Both the position numbers and the translations under genes were made by a program. A model generated the notes under the pieces. It had not been told where the DNA came from. It did no database searches and saw nothing but the letters and a program-made list of their open reading frames with translations. From a virus (lineage: Duplodnaviria; Caudoviricetes), in the IMG/VR virus record IMGVR_UViG_3300028840_001367, positions 1-60,368 of that record: a stretch of 60,368 nucleotides of DNA. One strand, written 5' to 3'. Below, in pieces: positions 1 to 8,067 of the stretch; position 1 is the stretch's first letter; each line of letters begins with the position of its first letter.

Positions 1-144
1 CACTTTTTGCCATAGAATTGCAGCACGATCCGTCTCTTGGTCTGCCAAGCATCTGAGTCAATGTACCTCTTGTACTCTGCCTTGTCCATTCTCACCCCAA
101 CACATCGAGTGCTCTCTGAGCTTTTCTCACAAGCTCTTGGTCTG
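1..144. repeat. Terminal direct repeat (identical to 60225-60368); circular assembly overlap
   Basis: cactttttgccatagaattg...aagctcttggtctg occurs at both ends; the HNH/ParR-like gene junction reads through it. Confidence 0.97.
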
Positions 145-436
145 CTGGCTCACCAATCTGAGTGTCAAAGGTTGAAAGCTCAGCAGCTTTGGTCTTGAGC
201 CTTGACAGTGCTCTCTCAATCTCAGCTTGACCGTCAAGCAGTAAGTCAAGACGCTCATTGAGACGCTCAACGTCAACGCTCTCACCATTGCCAGAGACAG
301 TGCCACCAGTCTTGAGCCAGTGCCTCAAGGCAAGCCTAAAAAGCTCTGACTTGTTGGCAGCACTCTCAAAGGCAGCAATAATGTCAGCGTCTTTGTCAGG
401 GTTGAGACTAAAAGGTCCAAGCACTACACGTGACAA
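92..436 (-). CDS. ParR-like ribbon-helix-helix adaptor with coiled-coil
   Basis: N-terminal FSLNPDKDADIIAAFESAANKSELFRLALR resembles RHH proteins accompanying ParM/StbA; same operon as parM. Confidence 0.6.
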   Translation of the reverse strand: MSRVVLGPFSLNPDKDADIIAAFESAANKSELFRLALRHWLKTGGTVSGNGESVDVERLNERLDLLLDGQAEIERALSRLKTKAAELSTFDTQIGEPADQELVRKAQRALDVLG

Positions 437-439
437 GGG

Positions 440-769
440 TCACCTCACCAGATTGTATGCAGTGCCAGCAAGCTGAGGTATTGCATGAGGCATTGCAAAG
501 ATTGCAAGGCTGTTGGGTATGTCAAGGTGCACAAGGATATACCCACCACCAAGAGGCTCATTGCACTTGGCAATCAATGACTCTGCACTATGACCACGCA
601 CAAGCACAAAAGTTGGTGGTGGGTCTGCTTGCTGCTGGTCAACAAAAGACCAAGTGATCTTGTCACCATTCTCAAGAGCCTCATACAATAGCTCTGTGAC
701 CATTGGCACCCTCACTGACTCACCAAAGGGCACCTCAAGCTCAATGCAAGCAACTATCTTATTACCCAA
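440..769 (-). CDS. Hypothetical protein (paralog of 773-1138)
   Basis: Tightly packed ORF with RBS; shares IEL...W.FVD...AK...GY..V pattern with its neighbour. Confidence 0.75.
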   Translation of the reverse strand: MGNKIVACIELEVPFGESVRVPMVTELLYEALENGDKITWSFVDQQQADPPPTFVLVRGHSAESLIAKCNEPLGGGYILVHLDIPNSLAIFAMPHAIPQLAGTAYNLVR

Positions 770-772
770 GGG

Positions 773-1138
773 TCACCTCTCAACGCTCAATTGTATCTCA
801 TGCTTGGCAGCACTCAGAGCCAGCACCTCTGGCTTTGCCATGACTGCCAAGTACACGGTCAACTCATACTGCTCTGACCAGACACATGACATGGTGACAA
901 TCTTGTACCCTTGAGCCACCAGAGCACCAACCTTGGCCTTGTACTTGTCCTCATTGTTCTCATCCACAACCATGACAGCGTCTTTGGCAAGGTCTGCTGG
1001 TACCTCTGGCTCTGGATCGACAAAGCACCAGTCAAAGTTGACACCACAAGTCAAAAAAGCGTCTTGTATAAGGTCTTTGACATACTCTGCTCTGCCTTGG
1101 ACGTTGTCAAGTTCAATGATCACTTGTGCCTTGCTCAC
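773..1138 (-). CDS. Hypothetical protein (paralog of 440-769)
   Basis: GTG start after GAGGTG RBS gives MSKAQVIIEL... Confidence 0.75.
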   Translation of the reverse strand: MSKAQVIIELDNVQGRAEYVKDLIQDAFLTCGVNFDWCFVDPEPEVPADLAKDAVMVVDENNEDKYKAKVGALVAQGYKIVTMSCVWSEQYELTVYLAVMAKPEVLALSAAKHEIQLSVER

Positions 1139-1146
1139 CTTGCACC

Positions 1147-1302
1147 TCACTCTCTGTTCTGCTTTCTGTCACACCTCAACCGTATACACCAACGCTCATA
1201 ATAAGGACGACATGAGCCACTATTGAGACTCTCAAGCCTTTGGTGCCAGTGAGACCATTTGTGCAAGCCAAGTCTACAAAGCCAGTGCTTTGCCTTGCTC
1301 AC
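1147..1302 (-). CDS. Small Cys/His protein, DUF1660-like (51 aa, not in ORF track)
   Basis: Manual translation MSKAKHWLCRLGLHKWSHW...ERWCIRLRCDRKQNRE; GTGA overlap with parM stop; LC.LG.HKW...C...C pattern. Confidence 0.65.
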   Translation of the reverse strand: MSKAKHWLCRLGLHKWSHWHQRLESLNSGSCRPYYERWCIRLRCDRKQNRE

Positions 1303-2303
1303 CTTGCACCTCTCTCTGTTTTGTACTGAGTGTACTTGTAATACCCAAGAGCGTTGACGTATTCTGGCAGAGGCAGCACCTCAGCATGAGGTATGGCACT
1401 GGTCAAGTACTGCTCAAAGAGGTATGCACCACCACCAATGACAAAGACCCTGTCAAAGAGCCTTGCAGCAACACCCCAACGTTGAGCAGCAGTGTCAATG
1501 ATCTCCTCTGCAATGCTCTGCACAATAGGCTCAACAACTAGCTCAAGGTTGACAGATTGACCACCGTACATGATACGTCCAAGCGTGACTGCTTGCATGA
1601 TTCTATGGTCACTGTGTCTGTTAAGGTCAGGCAGATTGCTGGCAAAGTACTCTCTGACTGCTCTCATGACTTGCCAAGCACCACGCTCTGTGCTATAGCA
1701 CTCTGTGTCAACATTGGTCAAACCGTCAATGCTCAGCAAGTTGACATTGTGACCACCAACGTCAATCACTGCACACTTGCTGTCAACAAGGCTTGGGTCA
1801 ACCACGTTGCCAGACTTGTCAAGCAGACTGGTCAGAACAGCACCCCATGCTTGTGGCACAACATAGCATGTGTCAATGGTCAAGGTCTGCTGCCTGTGAC
1901 CGTCTCTCTTGAAAGTGTGCTCACCAGACAGCGTCTCATGCACAATCTCACGCTGCCTCTCAAAGTCCAACAGAGGCAAGCCAGTTGTGACACTCACGCT
2001 GGCATGACTTGCCTTGGTCAACTGACTCAGTGTGGCATAGAACAGAGAGCACCAGACTGGTGAGCCAATCCAGTCACTTGACTCTTTGCGCACTGTCTCA
2101 GCACCACGCTTGACAGCACCAGAGCCAACCAAGTGGTTGTGCTCACCATGCTCAATGACAATGTTATCCTCACCATTGAGCGTGAAACTTGAGCCAACGC
2201 GAGTGCTGACAAGAGACGGAAAAGTTACCCTCAACTCTCTGCCTTTGGCACTGGTGCCAATTGCCTTGACAGCGTAAAAGCCACAATCAAAACCCAATTG
2301 CAT
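1299..2303 (-). CDS. parM: ParM/StbA-family actin-like segregation ATPase
   Basis: Actin phosphate-1 GFDCGFYAVK, TTGLP, connect VVPQAWGA, phosphate-2 IDVGGHNVN, adenosine IGGGA, NALGYY; ATG at 2303 after AGAGGAG. Confidence 0.92.
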   Translation of the reverse strand: MQLGFDCGFYAVKAIGTSAKGRELRVTFPSLVSTRVGSSFTLNGEDNIVIEHGEHNHLVGSGAVKRGAETVRKESSDWIGSPVWCSLFYATLSQLTKASHASVSVTTGLPLLDFERQREIVHETLSGEHTFKRDGHRQQTLTIDTCYVVPQAWGAVLTSLLDKSGNVVDPSLVDSKCAVIDVGGHNVNLLSIDGLTNVDTECYSTERGAWQVMRAVREYFASNLPDLNRHSDHRIMQAVTLGRIMYGGQSVNLELVVEPIVQSIAEEIIDTAAQRWGVAARLFDRVFVIGGGAYLFEQYLTSAIPHAEVLPLPEYVNALGYYKYTQYKTERGAR

Positions 2304-2335
2304 GACACTCTCCTCTGCTGCTCTTGGCAGTCTGC

Positions 2336-2413
2336 TGACTGACTGGTTGACCAGTACTGTCAAGCTCTGACAAGTCTCTCTGTCAACCCTTGACTGCCAG
2401 TCAGTCAGTCAAG
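2336..2413. repeat. TGAC/GTCA-rich nested inverted repeats in parM leader; candidate parC centromere
   Basis: tgactgactgg/ccagtcagtca, actggttgaccagt and cttgactg...cagtcaag lie between the parM promoter and its start. Confidence 0.45.
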
Positions 2414-2423
2414 TTATACTCAG

Positions 2424-2453
2424 ATTATACCATCACCAACATGTTGGCGTCAA
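2424..2453 (-). promoter_or_regulatory. sigma70-type promoter for parM operon
   Basis: TTGACG-18-TATAAT with TG extension on minus strand. Confidence 0.75.
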
Positions 2454-2459
2454 TAGCTC

Positions 2460-2481
2460 AACCTTAACCATTGCAACACTT
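2460..2481 (+). promoter_or_regulatory. Bipartite motif AACCTTAAC-N3/4-TGCAACACTT, copy 1 of 4
   Basis: Also at 7631-7653(-), 12742-12763(+), 49981-50003(-), each beside a promoter. Confidence 0.7.
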
Positions 2482-2573
2482 GTCAACCAATCTCAACCAA
2501 TCTCACCAGTCACAATCTGCCAGATGCTATGTATCATACTGTACCATTGGCTCACAATCCTATTGTGCCAGAC

Positions 2574-2602
2574 TTGACAGCACTTGACTCTTGCGTTATA
2601 AT
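2574..2602 (+). promoter_or_regulatory. Consensus sigma70 promoter (early)
   Basis: TTGACA-17-TATAAT. Confidence 0.9.
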
Positions 2603-2658
2603 GTTGATGCAACACCAAACGAGAGCACCGCACAGAGTCAGCACCAGGGAGTCAAGCA

Positions 2659-2972
2659 ATGATTGTCACAAAGCCAGACGGTACCAAAGTCAAGCAAGTC
2701 ACTTGGCAAAATGGTCTCACCAAGGGTACAAGTGCCACATGTACCAGAGCAGCAACCAATGGCTCAACTGGCGTTGTCTCAAGATTGTCAGACCAGATGG
2801 CTCTGTTGTACCAGAGGCTCAAGTGTCGTATGGTTACAAGAGCAACATATCACCCTCACGGTCAGAGGCTCAAGAGTATCTCAAGCAGCAGATTGCTTGG
2901 GACTTGACGCCAGAGGCAGAGAGACAAGCTCATCTTGAGTCAGTCAGGCAGCAAGAGCAGTACCTTTTTTAG
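2659..2972 (+). pseudogene. Probable frameshifted hypothetical gene
   Basis: RBS-led MIVTKPDGTKVKQVT joins LAKWSHQGYKC...QYLF if one T is added at about 2703. Confidence 0.4.
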
Positions 2973-3007
2973 TCAATCGAGTCAGCACCACCACAGGGAG
3001 AAAAACA

Positions 3008-4552
3008 ATGTACTCAGTCACTTGGCAGCACCACTTGGACAGTTTTGCAAAAGCCTTGCTCAATGAGCTTGGCGTTGACCCTCAGTACTTGCCCACAGAC
3101 CACAACCCCATAACAGACGCACTGCTTGACCCCAACTTTGTTGAGACATACCAGCACCTCAAAGGCTTTTCAAGAGCAGCAATGAGCAGAGTTGCCACAA
3201 TCTGCCAGATGGCTGTTTTTGACGCTCAGAATGGTCCAGAGGGTGACGGTCAACCAAAAGCACTCAGACGACACTGGTACGCTTGGTACAAGGGCACCTT
3301 TGCTCAGAGGATTGCACCACAGCTTGGTGACGTGACACCCAATGACTCTGGTATGCCAGAGATGGATGATCGCATCTGGTCACAGCGTCTCTCAATCACA
3401 TACGGTGCCTTGGTTGACACTGGCACCGTCACATACCAAGACTTGTGGGTCTCAGATGCCTCACGTATGATTGAGGAGTATTATCGTTCTCTTTTCTCTG
3501 GTTGCAATGTGATTGTCTGTGTTGAAAAAGACAGCCTCTTTGCAGACTTCACTGGTGCTGCCAAGCGTCTTGGTGCACGTGCAGTGTACTCTGGCAAGGG
3601 CAAGAGCAGCAAAGCAGCAATTGAAAAGCTGCTCAGAGAGGTGTTTTACTGGTCAGACTCTCACGATCCATTCTCATATCACAACCCTCTGATTGTGCTG
3701 CACGTGAGTGACCATGACTTTGACGGTCACAAGGTCATTGGGCCAACCTTTGGTGAGCAGTGCAGACGGTACACCTCACACGTGGTTGAGGCACGCATTG
3801 GTGTTAAGCCTCAGCAAGTGCGTGAGCTTGCTGGTTGGGGTGACCATAGCTGGTACAAGATCAAACTCAACAACGCAGGGTACAAGACATGGGCCAATGA
3901 GCACGCTTTGTTTCTGGCAGAGTGCTCTGACTGTGGGCACCAGTACCCGGTACTCTCAGCAGACCGTCACCACTTTGACAACCTTTGTCCAGAGTGCTTT
4001 GCCAAAATGAACACCATTGAACTTGGCAAAGACACTGCCTTTGGCTTTGAAGTTGAGGCACTCAAGACACACCAGTACTCAGCAATGTTTGTTGACGCTC
4101 TGCTTGAGTGCATACCCTTTGACACCATTGTGTCAAACTTGAGGCAAGAGGTACAAGCACATGCACCAACAGCAATCTCACCCATTGCCAATGAGGTGCT
4201 CAGCAACAATGAGTCATACCAAGAGTTGCTGGCAGAGCTTGCCAAGTTTGACAAGCTGGTTGCAATGCGTGAGCGTTTTGAGCAGCGAGTTGAGCAAGCC
4301 TTGACCAAAGTTGCCACACCTCACCAGCTTGACTGGCAAGACAAAGAGCCAGACCCAACAGTGCAGCAATTCAGAGACCATGTTGCCAACCCACATGCAT
4401 ACAACCCTTGGCAACCATTCTCTGAGACTTGGCAGACTCAGCAGTTGACTGGTTGGGTGCGCGAGAACAAAGGCAACGTTGTTGAGGCACTTGAGAGAGT
4501 CACGGTCACCAAGCTCACTGGCTTGAGCGTTGAGGATGACTCTGAGGAGTAA
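3008..4552 (+). CDS. Toprim-domain protein, topoisomerase VI-A/Spo11/JetD-like
   Basis: LRRHWY helix, VCVEKDS (Toprim Glu), SGKG, VSDHDFDG (DxD), E.EAL, inserted CxxC..CPxC ribbon. Confidence 0.75.
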   Translation: MYSVTWQHHLDSFAKALLNELGVDPQYLPTDHNPITDALLDPNFVETYQHLKGFSRAAMSRVATICQMAVFDAQNGPEGDGQPKALRRHWYAWYKGTFAQRIAPQLGDVTPNDSGMPEMDDRIWSQRLSITYGALVDTGTVTYQDLWVSDASRMIEEYYRSLFSGCNVIVCVEKDSLFADFTGAAKRLGARAVYSGKGKSSKAAIEKLLREVFYWSDSHDPFSYHNPLIVLHVSDHDFDGHKVIGPTFGEQCRRYTSHVVEARIGVKPQQVRELAGWGDHSWYKIKLNNAGYKTWANEHALFLAECSDCGHQYPVLSADRHHFDNLCPECFAKMNTIELGKDTAFGFEVEALKTHQYSAMFVDALLECIPFDTIVSNLRQEVQAHAPTAISPIANEVLSNNESYQELLAELAKFDKLVAMRERFEQRVEQALTKVATPHQLDWQDKEPDPTVQQFRDHVANPHAYNPWQPFSETWQTQQLTGWVRENKGNVVEALERVTVTKLTGLSVEDDSEE

Positions 4553-4559
4553 AACAGCA

Positions 4560-4594
4560 ACCAGGGTGACTGGCACCAAGCTGGTCACCCTGGT
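4560..4594 (+). terminator. AGGGTGAC/GTCACCCT hairpin family, copy 1
   Basis: ACCAGGGTGAC...GTCACCCTGGT right after a stop codon; no U tract. Confidence 0.55.
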
Positions 4595-4619
4595 CAACCA
4601 CACTGAGAGAGGTGATACA

Positions 4620-5003
4620 ATGGCACATGTAACCAGAACCATAATGAACAGAGCAGCAAGACTGAGGTACATTGAGCAGACGTTGAGAGCAGAGCCAGAG
4701 ACCACACCACAGCAGTTTGCCAAGGCTTGTGGCGTGAGCGTGGTGTCAATCAAGGCAGACATGGCAATACTCTTGGACGTTGCAGAGCGTAAAAGAGGTA
4801 ACTGGCTCTTGGTTGGCTTGCACCAGCCTCAAGACGGTCAGAGAGTCATGGTCTTTGATGAGATTGACCAGAGACCCACTTTTGCACGGTACCATGTTGG
4901 TGACTTGGTCAACAGCTTCACAGAGATATACACCAACAGACCAATCAAAGCACAGTACTGGCAACCAGAGCCACCAGCACCACAGGGTACACCAAAGAGG
5001 TGA
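4620..5003 (+). CDS. HTH (DeoR/HTH_11-like) fused to DUF551-like domain
   Basis: RAARLRYI...QQFAKACGVSVVSIKADM then W...P.DGQRV...YWQPEPPAP. Confidence 0.65.
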   Translation: MAHVTRTIMNRAARLRYIEQTLRAEPETTPQQFAKACGVSVVSIKADMAILLDVAERKRGNWLLVGLHQPQDGQRVMVFDEIDQRPTFARYHVGDLVNSFTEIYTNRPIKAQYWQPEPPAPQGTPKR

Positions 5004-5007
5004 CACA

Positions 5008-5346
5008 ATGACCAAGACAGGCAAAGAGATTGTGATTGGCGTGGCTGGTGGCAGTGGGTACTGGCAACGCTTGTATGAGGCAGTTGACCAAGCACTTGCA
5101 GAGGCAGCAGTACCAGCAGCACCCAAGAACGTCTGTATTGAGCAACCACAGCAAGGGCAAAGGGTGCTGGTGTGGGACATACGTCACAAGTGCTGGTGCT
5201 TTGCTTACCACTACAAAGGCAACTTTGGCAGCAAGTTTTGTGCTCAAGAGCATGGCAGAGGCAGACAAGTACTGGCACTGCTCTGGTTGCCAGAGCCAGA
5301 CATGCCAGCAATCGCAAGAGAGGAGTCAGACCAATGCCAATCATGA
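5008..5346 (+). CDS. DUF551-like phage protein
   Basis: PQQGQRVLVW...WLPEPDMP; RBS GAGGTG. Confidence 0.6.
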   Translation: MTKTGKEIVIGVAGGSGYWQRLYEAVDQALAEAAVPAAPKNVCIEQPQQGQRVLVWDIRHKCWCFAYHYKGNFGSKFCAQEHGRGRQVLALLWLPEPDMPAIAREESDQCQS

Positions 5347-5549
5347 GTGAGGTGATATACACGTACTTGCCCAAGTGCAACCAGTGTGGTGCTCTGGCAA
5401 CCAACGTGAGTGAGGATGAGCAGCAAGCAATTGACGCTGCCAGAGCAGAGGGTTGGTCAATCCGCAAGAGAGGCAAAGGCATGCTTGGCATACCGTTTTG
5501 GTACTGCCTTTGTAAAGAGTGCACAGAGCGTGCACAGAAAGGACACTGA
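5334..5549 (+). CDS. Small zinc-finger protein
   Basis: CNQC...ARAEGW...CKEC; RBS GAGGAG. Confidence 0.7.
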   Translation: MPIMSEVIYTYLPKCNQCGALATNVSEDEQQAIDAARAEGWSIRKRGKGMLGIPFWYCLCKECTERAQKGH

Positions 5550-5552
5550 GAC

Positions 5553-5768
5553 ATGGCAGCACAAGTTGTGATCAAGATGAGTGCAGCACACTTTGACACT
5601 TTGCGTGAGGCAGTCAAGCTGGCACAAGCCAAAGCCAAAGAGCAATGGCAATTGCTGCAAGTGACTGGTGCCAATGTCAATGGCAACACCAACCGTGACA
5701 AAGAGTACCGTGCTTGGGTTGACTGTGAGGCAGCGTACAATGATGTGCTTGAGAACGTCTTGACCTAA
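5553..5768 (+). CDS. Hypothetical protein
   Basis: ORF with AAGGA RBS in a packed + strand run. Confidence 0.65.
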   Translation: MAAQVVIKMSAAHFDTLREAVKLAQAKAKEQWQLLQVTGANVNGNTNRDKEYRAWVDCEAAYNDVLENVLT

Positions 5769-5978
5769 CAGCAGCAGCAGAGACCAGCAGCATTGCTGGC
5801 TCTGTTGAGCAAGTGACAACTGAGGCTCTGTTGCTGGTCTGACTCACCAGCACAATGACTTGACTCCTCATTGCTCCCAACAGAGTACTCAGGCAAGGCA
5901 CCGTGGTCTGACTCACCACACCCTTTGCAGTCACTTGCTCACCAGTGCCAGCAATCACACACAGAGAGGAGAGGCACC

Positions 5979-6281
5979 ATGATTGAGTATAGCACCATCG
6001 TTGCAGTGCAAGTCAAAGCAGAGCTTGCAGCAAGCAGCAGCACCAACGATCCAGCATACAAGGCAATGCACTGCCAAGACAGCGTTGAGGCTTGGCTTGC
6101 CAGCAAGAGTCAAGCTTTTCTCACTGGTGTCAGAGACGCTCAGCTTGGGTGCATTGGTACCAATGAGTCTGGTCACCTTGCATACAACCCTTACGTCACC
6201 AGCAGTCAAGACTGGTGTGAGTACAATGAGGGTGTGCACCAGCACCAAGCACGTCTTGCAAGGCTCAGAGACCGTGCTTGA
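5979..6281 (+). CDS. Hypothetical protein with RMF-like (AF..G......NPY.....W..Y..G) motif
   Basis: RBS AGGAG; AFLTGVRDAQLG...NPY...WCEYNEG. Confidence 0.6.
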   Translation: MIEYSTIVAVQVKAELAASSSTNDPAYKAMHCQDSVEAWLASKSQAFLTGVRDAQLGCIGTNESGHLAYNPYVTSSQDWCEYNEGVHQHQARLARLRDRA

Positions 6282-6729
6282 GTTGCTTGAGGTGCTCAGT
6301 CTGCTCACCCTCAATGGTGCTGGCACTTGGTACAGTGAGGCAGACTGGTCTGACAATCTCATGTACTGCAATTGCAGCACTGCTCTTGGGTGCAACTTGA
6401 GGTACTCACCAAGGCTTGGTATACCTTGGGTTGCGATTGACCCAAAGTACATGAGAGAGCGTGACTGGCAGTGTGGTGACCGTCTGGTTGTGCACTTTCT
6501 TGACCACCAGTTGTCAAAAGAGGTGAGAGTACTTGACGCTGGTGACCTTGCAAGGCACTGCATTGCAGAGCTTGACTGTGCAGAGATTGTGGTTGACTTT
6601 GCAGAGCACCATTGGCCTTTGAGCACCAGCACGCTCAGTGCCAGAGTGAGAGTTGTCAACATGAGCAAAGCGTTGAGGCTCATGCACTTTGTAACAGCAG
6701 ACCCACTTATGAGAGGAGTTATACCATGA
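6274..6729 (+). CDS. RlpA-like double-psi beta-barrel (lytic transglycosylase/expansin-like) protein
   Basis: GAGTWY, VAID, CGDRLVV, VRVLDAG, VVDF motifs; short hydrophobic N-terminus. Confidence 0.65.
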   Translation: MLELLEVLSLLTLNGAGTWYSEADWSDNLMYCNCSTALGCNLRYSPRLGIPWVAIDPKYMRERDWQCGDRLVVHFLDHQLSKEVRVLDAGDLARHCIAELDCAEIVVDFAEHHWPLSTSTLSARVRVVNMSKALRLMHFVTADPLMRGVIP

Positions 6730-7199
6730 CCGTACAAGGCACTTTTTTACCAGCAACATTGGGTGAGAGACCAGTTGTCATACTTGGCTGGTACACTCAG
6801 ACTGAGACCGTTGACCATGGCATGACAGAGACATACCCTGTTGCCATTGTCACAGACGTTGAGACTGGTGGCATTGAGACCGTCACAACTCACAGCTTGT
6901 ACATTGAGACAAGCTGCCTGACACCAGAGCAGACTGGCATGTTGGCTCTGTTACGTCACAGGCACCCATCAATGCCAGAGTCTCTTGCTCAAGAGACTGT
7001 CAAGGTACGCTGGTACTGTGGTGCATACGTCACAGCACATGACTTTGGCACTGAGGCAAAAGAGTGTGCAACAGAGTTTGACACCACAGAGGACAAGCAA
7101 GACTGGCTTGACAAAGGTTGTGTTGCCATCTGTCCAAGCTGCCAAGCTCAGTTGTCTCAGCAGTTTGACGATCCAGCAGAGTTGGTGCAAGATGAGTGA
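6726..7199 (+). CDS. Hypothetical protein with C-terminal Zn ribbon
   Basis: RBS GAGGAG; C...C...CPSC. Confidence 0.7.
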   Translation: MTVQGTFLPATLGERPVVILGWYTQTETVDHGMTETYPVAIVTDVETGGIETVTTHSLYIETSCLTPEQTGMLALLRHRHPSMPESLAQETVKVRWYCGAYVTAHDFGTEAKECATEFDTTEDKQDWLDKGCVAICPSCQAQLSQQFDDPAELVQDE

Positions 7200-7629
7200 G
7201 CAAGAGCACCTCACAGTTGTTATCACTGACATACACTACCAAGACATACCTATTGGGCCAGTCAACTGTGTGGTTGGTGGTGTGCCACACTTGGCAACCG
7301 TTGACCACGTCACAGACTTTGTCACAGAACCAATGAGGCAGTTTGTTGTGACGATCCAAGGCTTGTACAAAGACCCTGACACAGAGCTTGTCACGCCAGA
7401 CTTGTTTGCCTCAGTCACCCTGGTCTGTGATATGCGTGAGATTGTGCAAGGCACATACACCACAAAGCTCAAGTCTGGCATTGGTCAGTACTTCACTGAC
7501 CTTGCCAGAGACTTGCCAGAGAGCAAGCGTACAAAGATGCACCTCAGAGCAATGCTGGCAATCAAGTTGTCAAAGACCAGCACGCTGCTCAACATGCAAC
7601 TCAGGCAGCTTGACTTGCCAGACTGCTGA
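7192..7629 (+). CDS. Hypothetical protein
   Basis: Overlaps the upstream stop; genome-typical codon usage. Confidence 0.65.
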   Translation: MSEQEHLTVVITDIHYQDIPIGPVNCVVGGVPHLATVDHVTDFVTEPMRQFVVTIQGLYKDPDTELVTPDLFASVTLVCDMREIVQGTYTTKLKSGIGQYFTDLARDLPESKRTKMHLRAMLAIKLSKTSTLLNMQLRQLDLPDC

Positions 7630-7630
7630 C

Positions 7631-7653
7631 AAGTGTTGCAAGCTGTTAAGGTT
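7631..7653 (-). promoter_or_regulatory. Bipartite motif copy 2
   Basis: aagtgttgca-agct-gttaaggtt, 7 bp upstream of the -35. Confidence 0.7.
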
Positions 7654-7660
7654 CATGCTC

Positions 7661-7689
7661 TTGACTCAGCACCTCTGGCATGGTACAAT
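7661..7689 (+). promoter_or_regulatory. sigma70 promoter
   Basis: TTGACT-17-TACAAT with TG extension. Confidence 0.75.
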
Positions 7690-7694
7690 GAGCA

Positions 7695-7975
7695 TGTTCT
7701 GGTACGGGGGTGCCAGTGCTCCGAGAGTGACATATTGCGATATGATTGTACCCCCAATCGTGCAAGTGTTCAACACAGACACCTCTGTACCAGAACAAAA
7801 CAACGTGACTGAGGAGTTGATTGCCACAACCCTCAGAGTACCTCACGATTATGAGACGGGTAAGAGACTGCAAAGGCTCATGCCTTTTGAGTTGCTTTGC
7901 TGCATAAGCTCTGCTTTGGTGTTCTCTTACCCACCACGGCAAAAGCAGCAGCAAGCAGCAAGCAACTCAGAGAGC
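7695..7975 (+). ncRNA. Candidate structured non-coding RNA or long leader
   Basis: No convincing ORF; nested stems tgttctggtac/gtaccagaaca, ggggtgc/gtacccc, ctgagg/cctcag, tgagttgcttt-gctgc/gcagcaagcaactca; starts right after a promoter. Confidence 0.45.
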
Positions 7976-8003
7976 ATGAGCCTTGACTATTCTCACTAGG
8001 CCA

Positions 8004-8050
8004 GACCACAACCCATAGTGTCTGGCATTCTGCTGACCACAACCCATAGT
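8004..8050. repeat. 16-bp direct repeat GACCACAACCCATAGT x2 (31-bp period)
   Basis: Copies at 8004-8019 and 8035-8050. Confidence 0.85.
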
Positions 8051-8067
8051 ATGTGAGAGGAGAGCAC

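Noticed and set aside
1-144. Biological terminal repeats or att sites
   Set aside because: The repeat cuts through coding sequence and is best explained as circular assembly overlap.
4838-5740. Long antisense ORFs (for example 4838-5740, 18989-20005, 32069-33127, 37737-38612)
   Set aside because: They shadow well-supported genes; scarcity of TAA/TAG-type words on both strands lengthens spurious frames.
7706-7935. tmRNA or tRNA (GGGGGTG... and ...CCACCA)
   Set aside because: The ends do not form an acceptor stem and there is no T-arm GTTCRA; kept only as a generic structured RNA candidate.
8004-8050. Mini CRISPR array
   Set aside because: Only two 16-bp repeats with a 15-bp spacer, and no cas genes.
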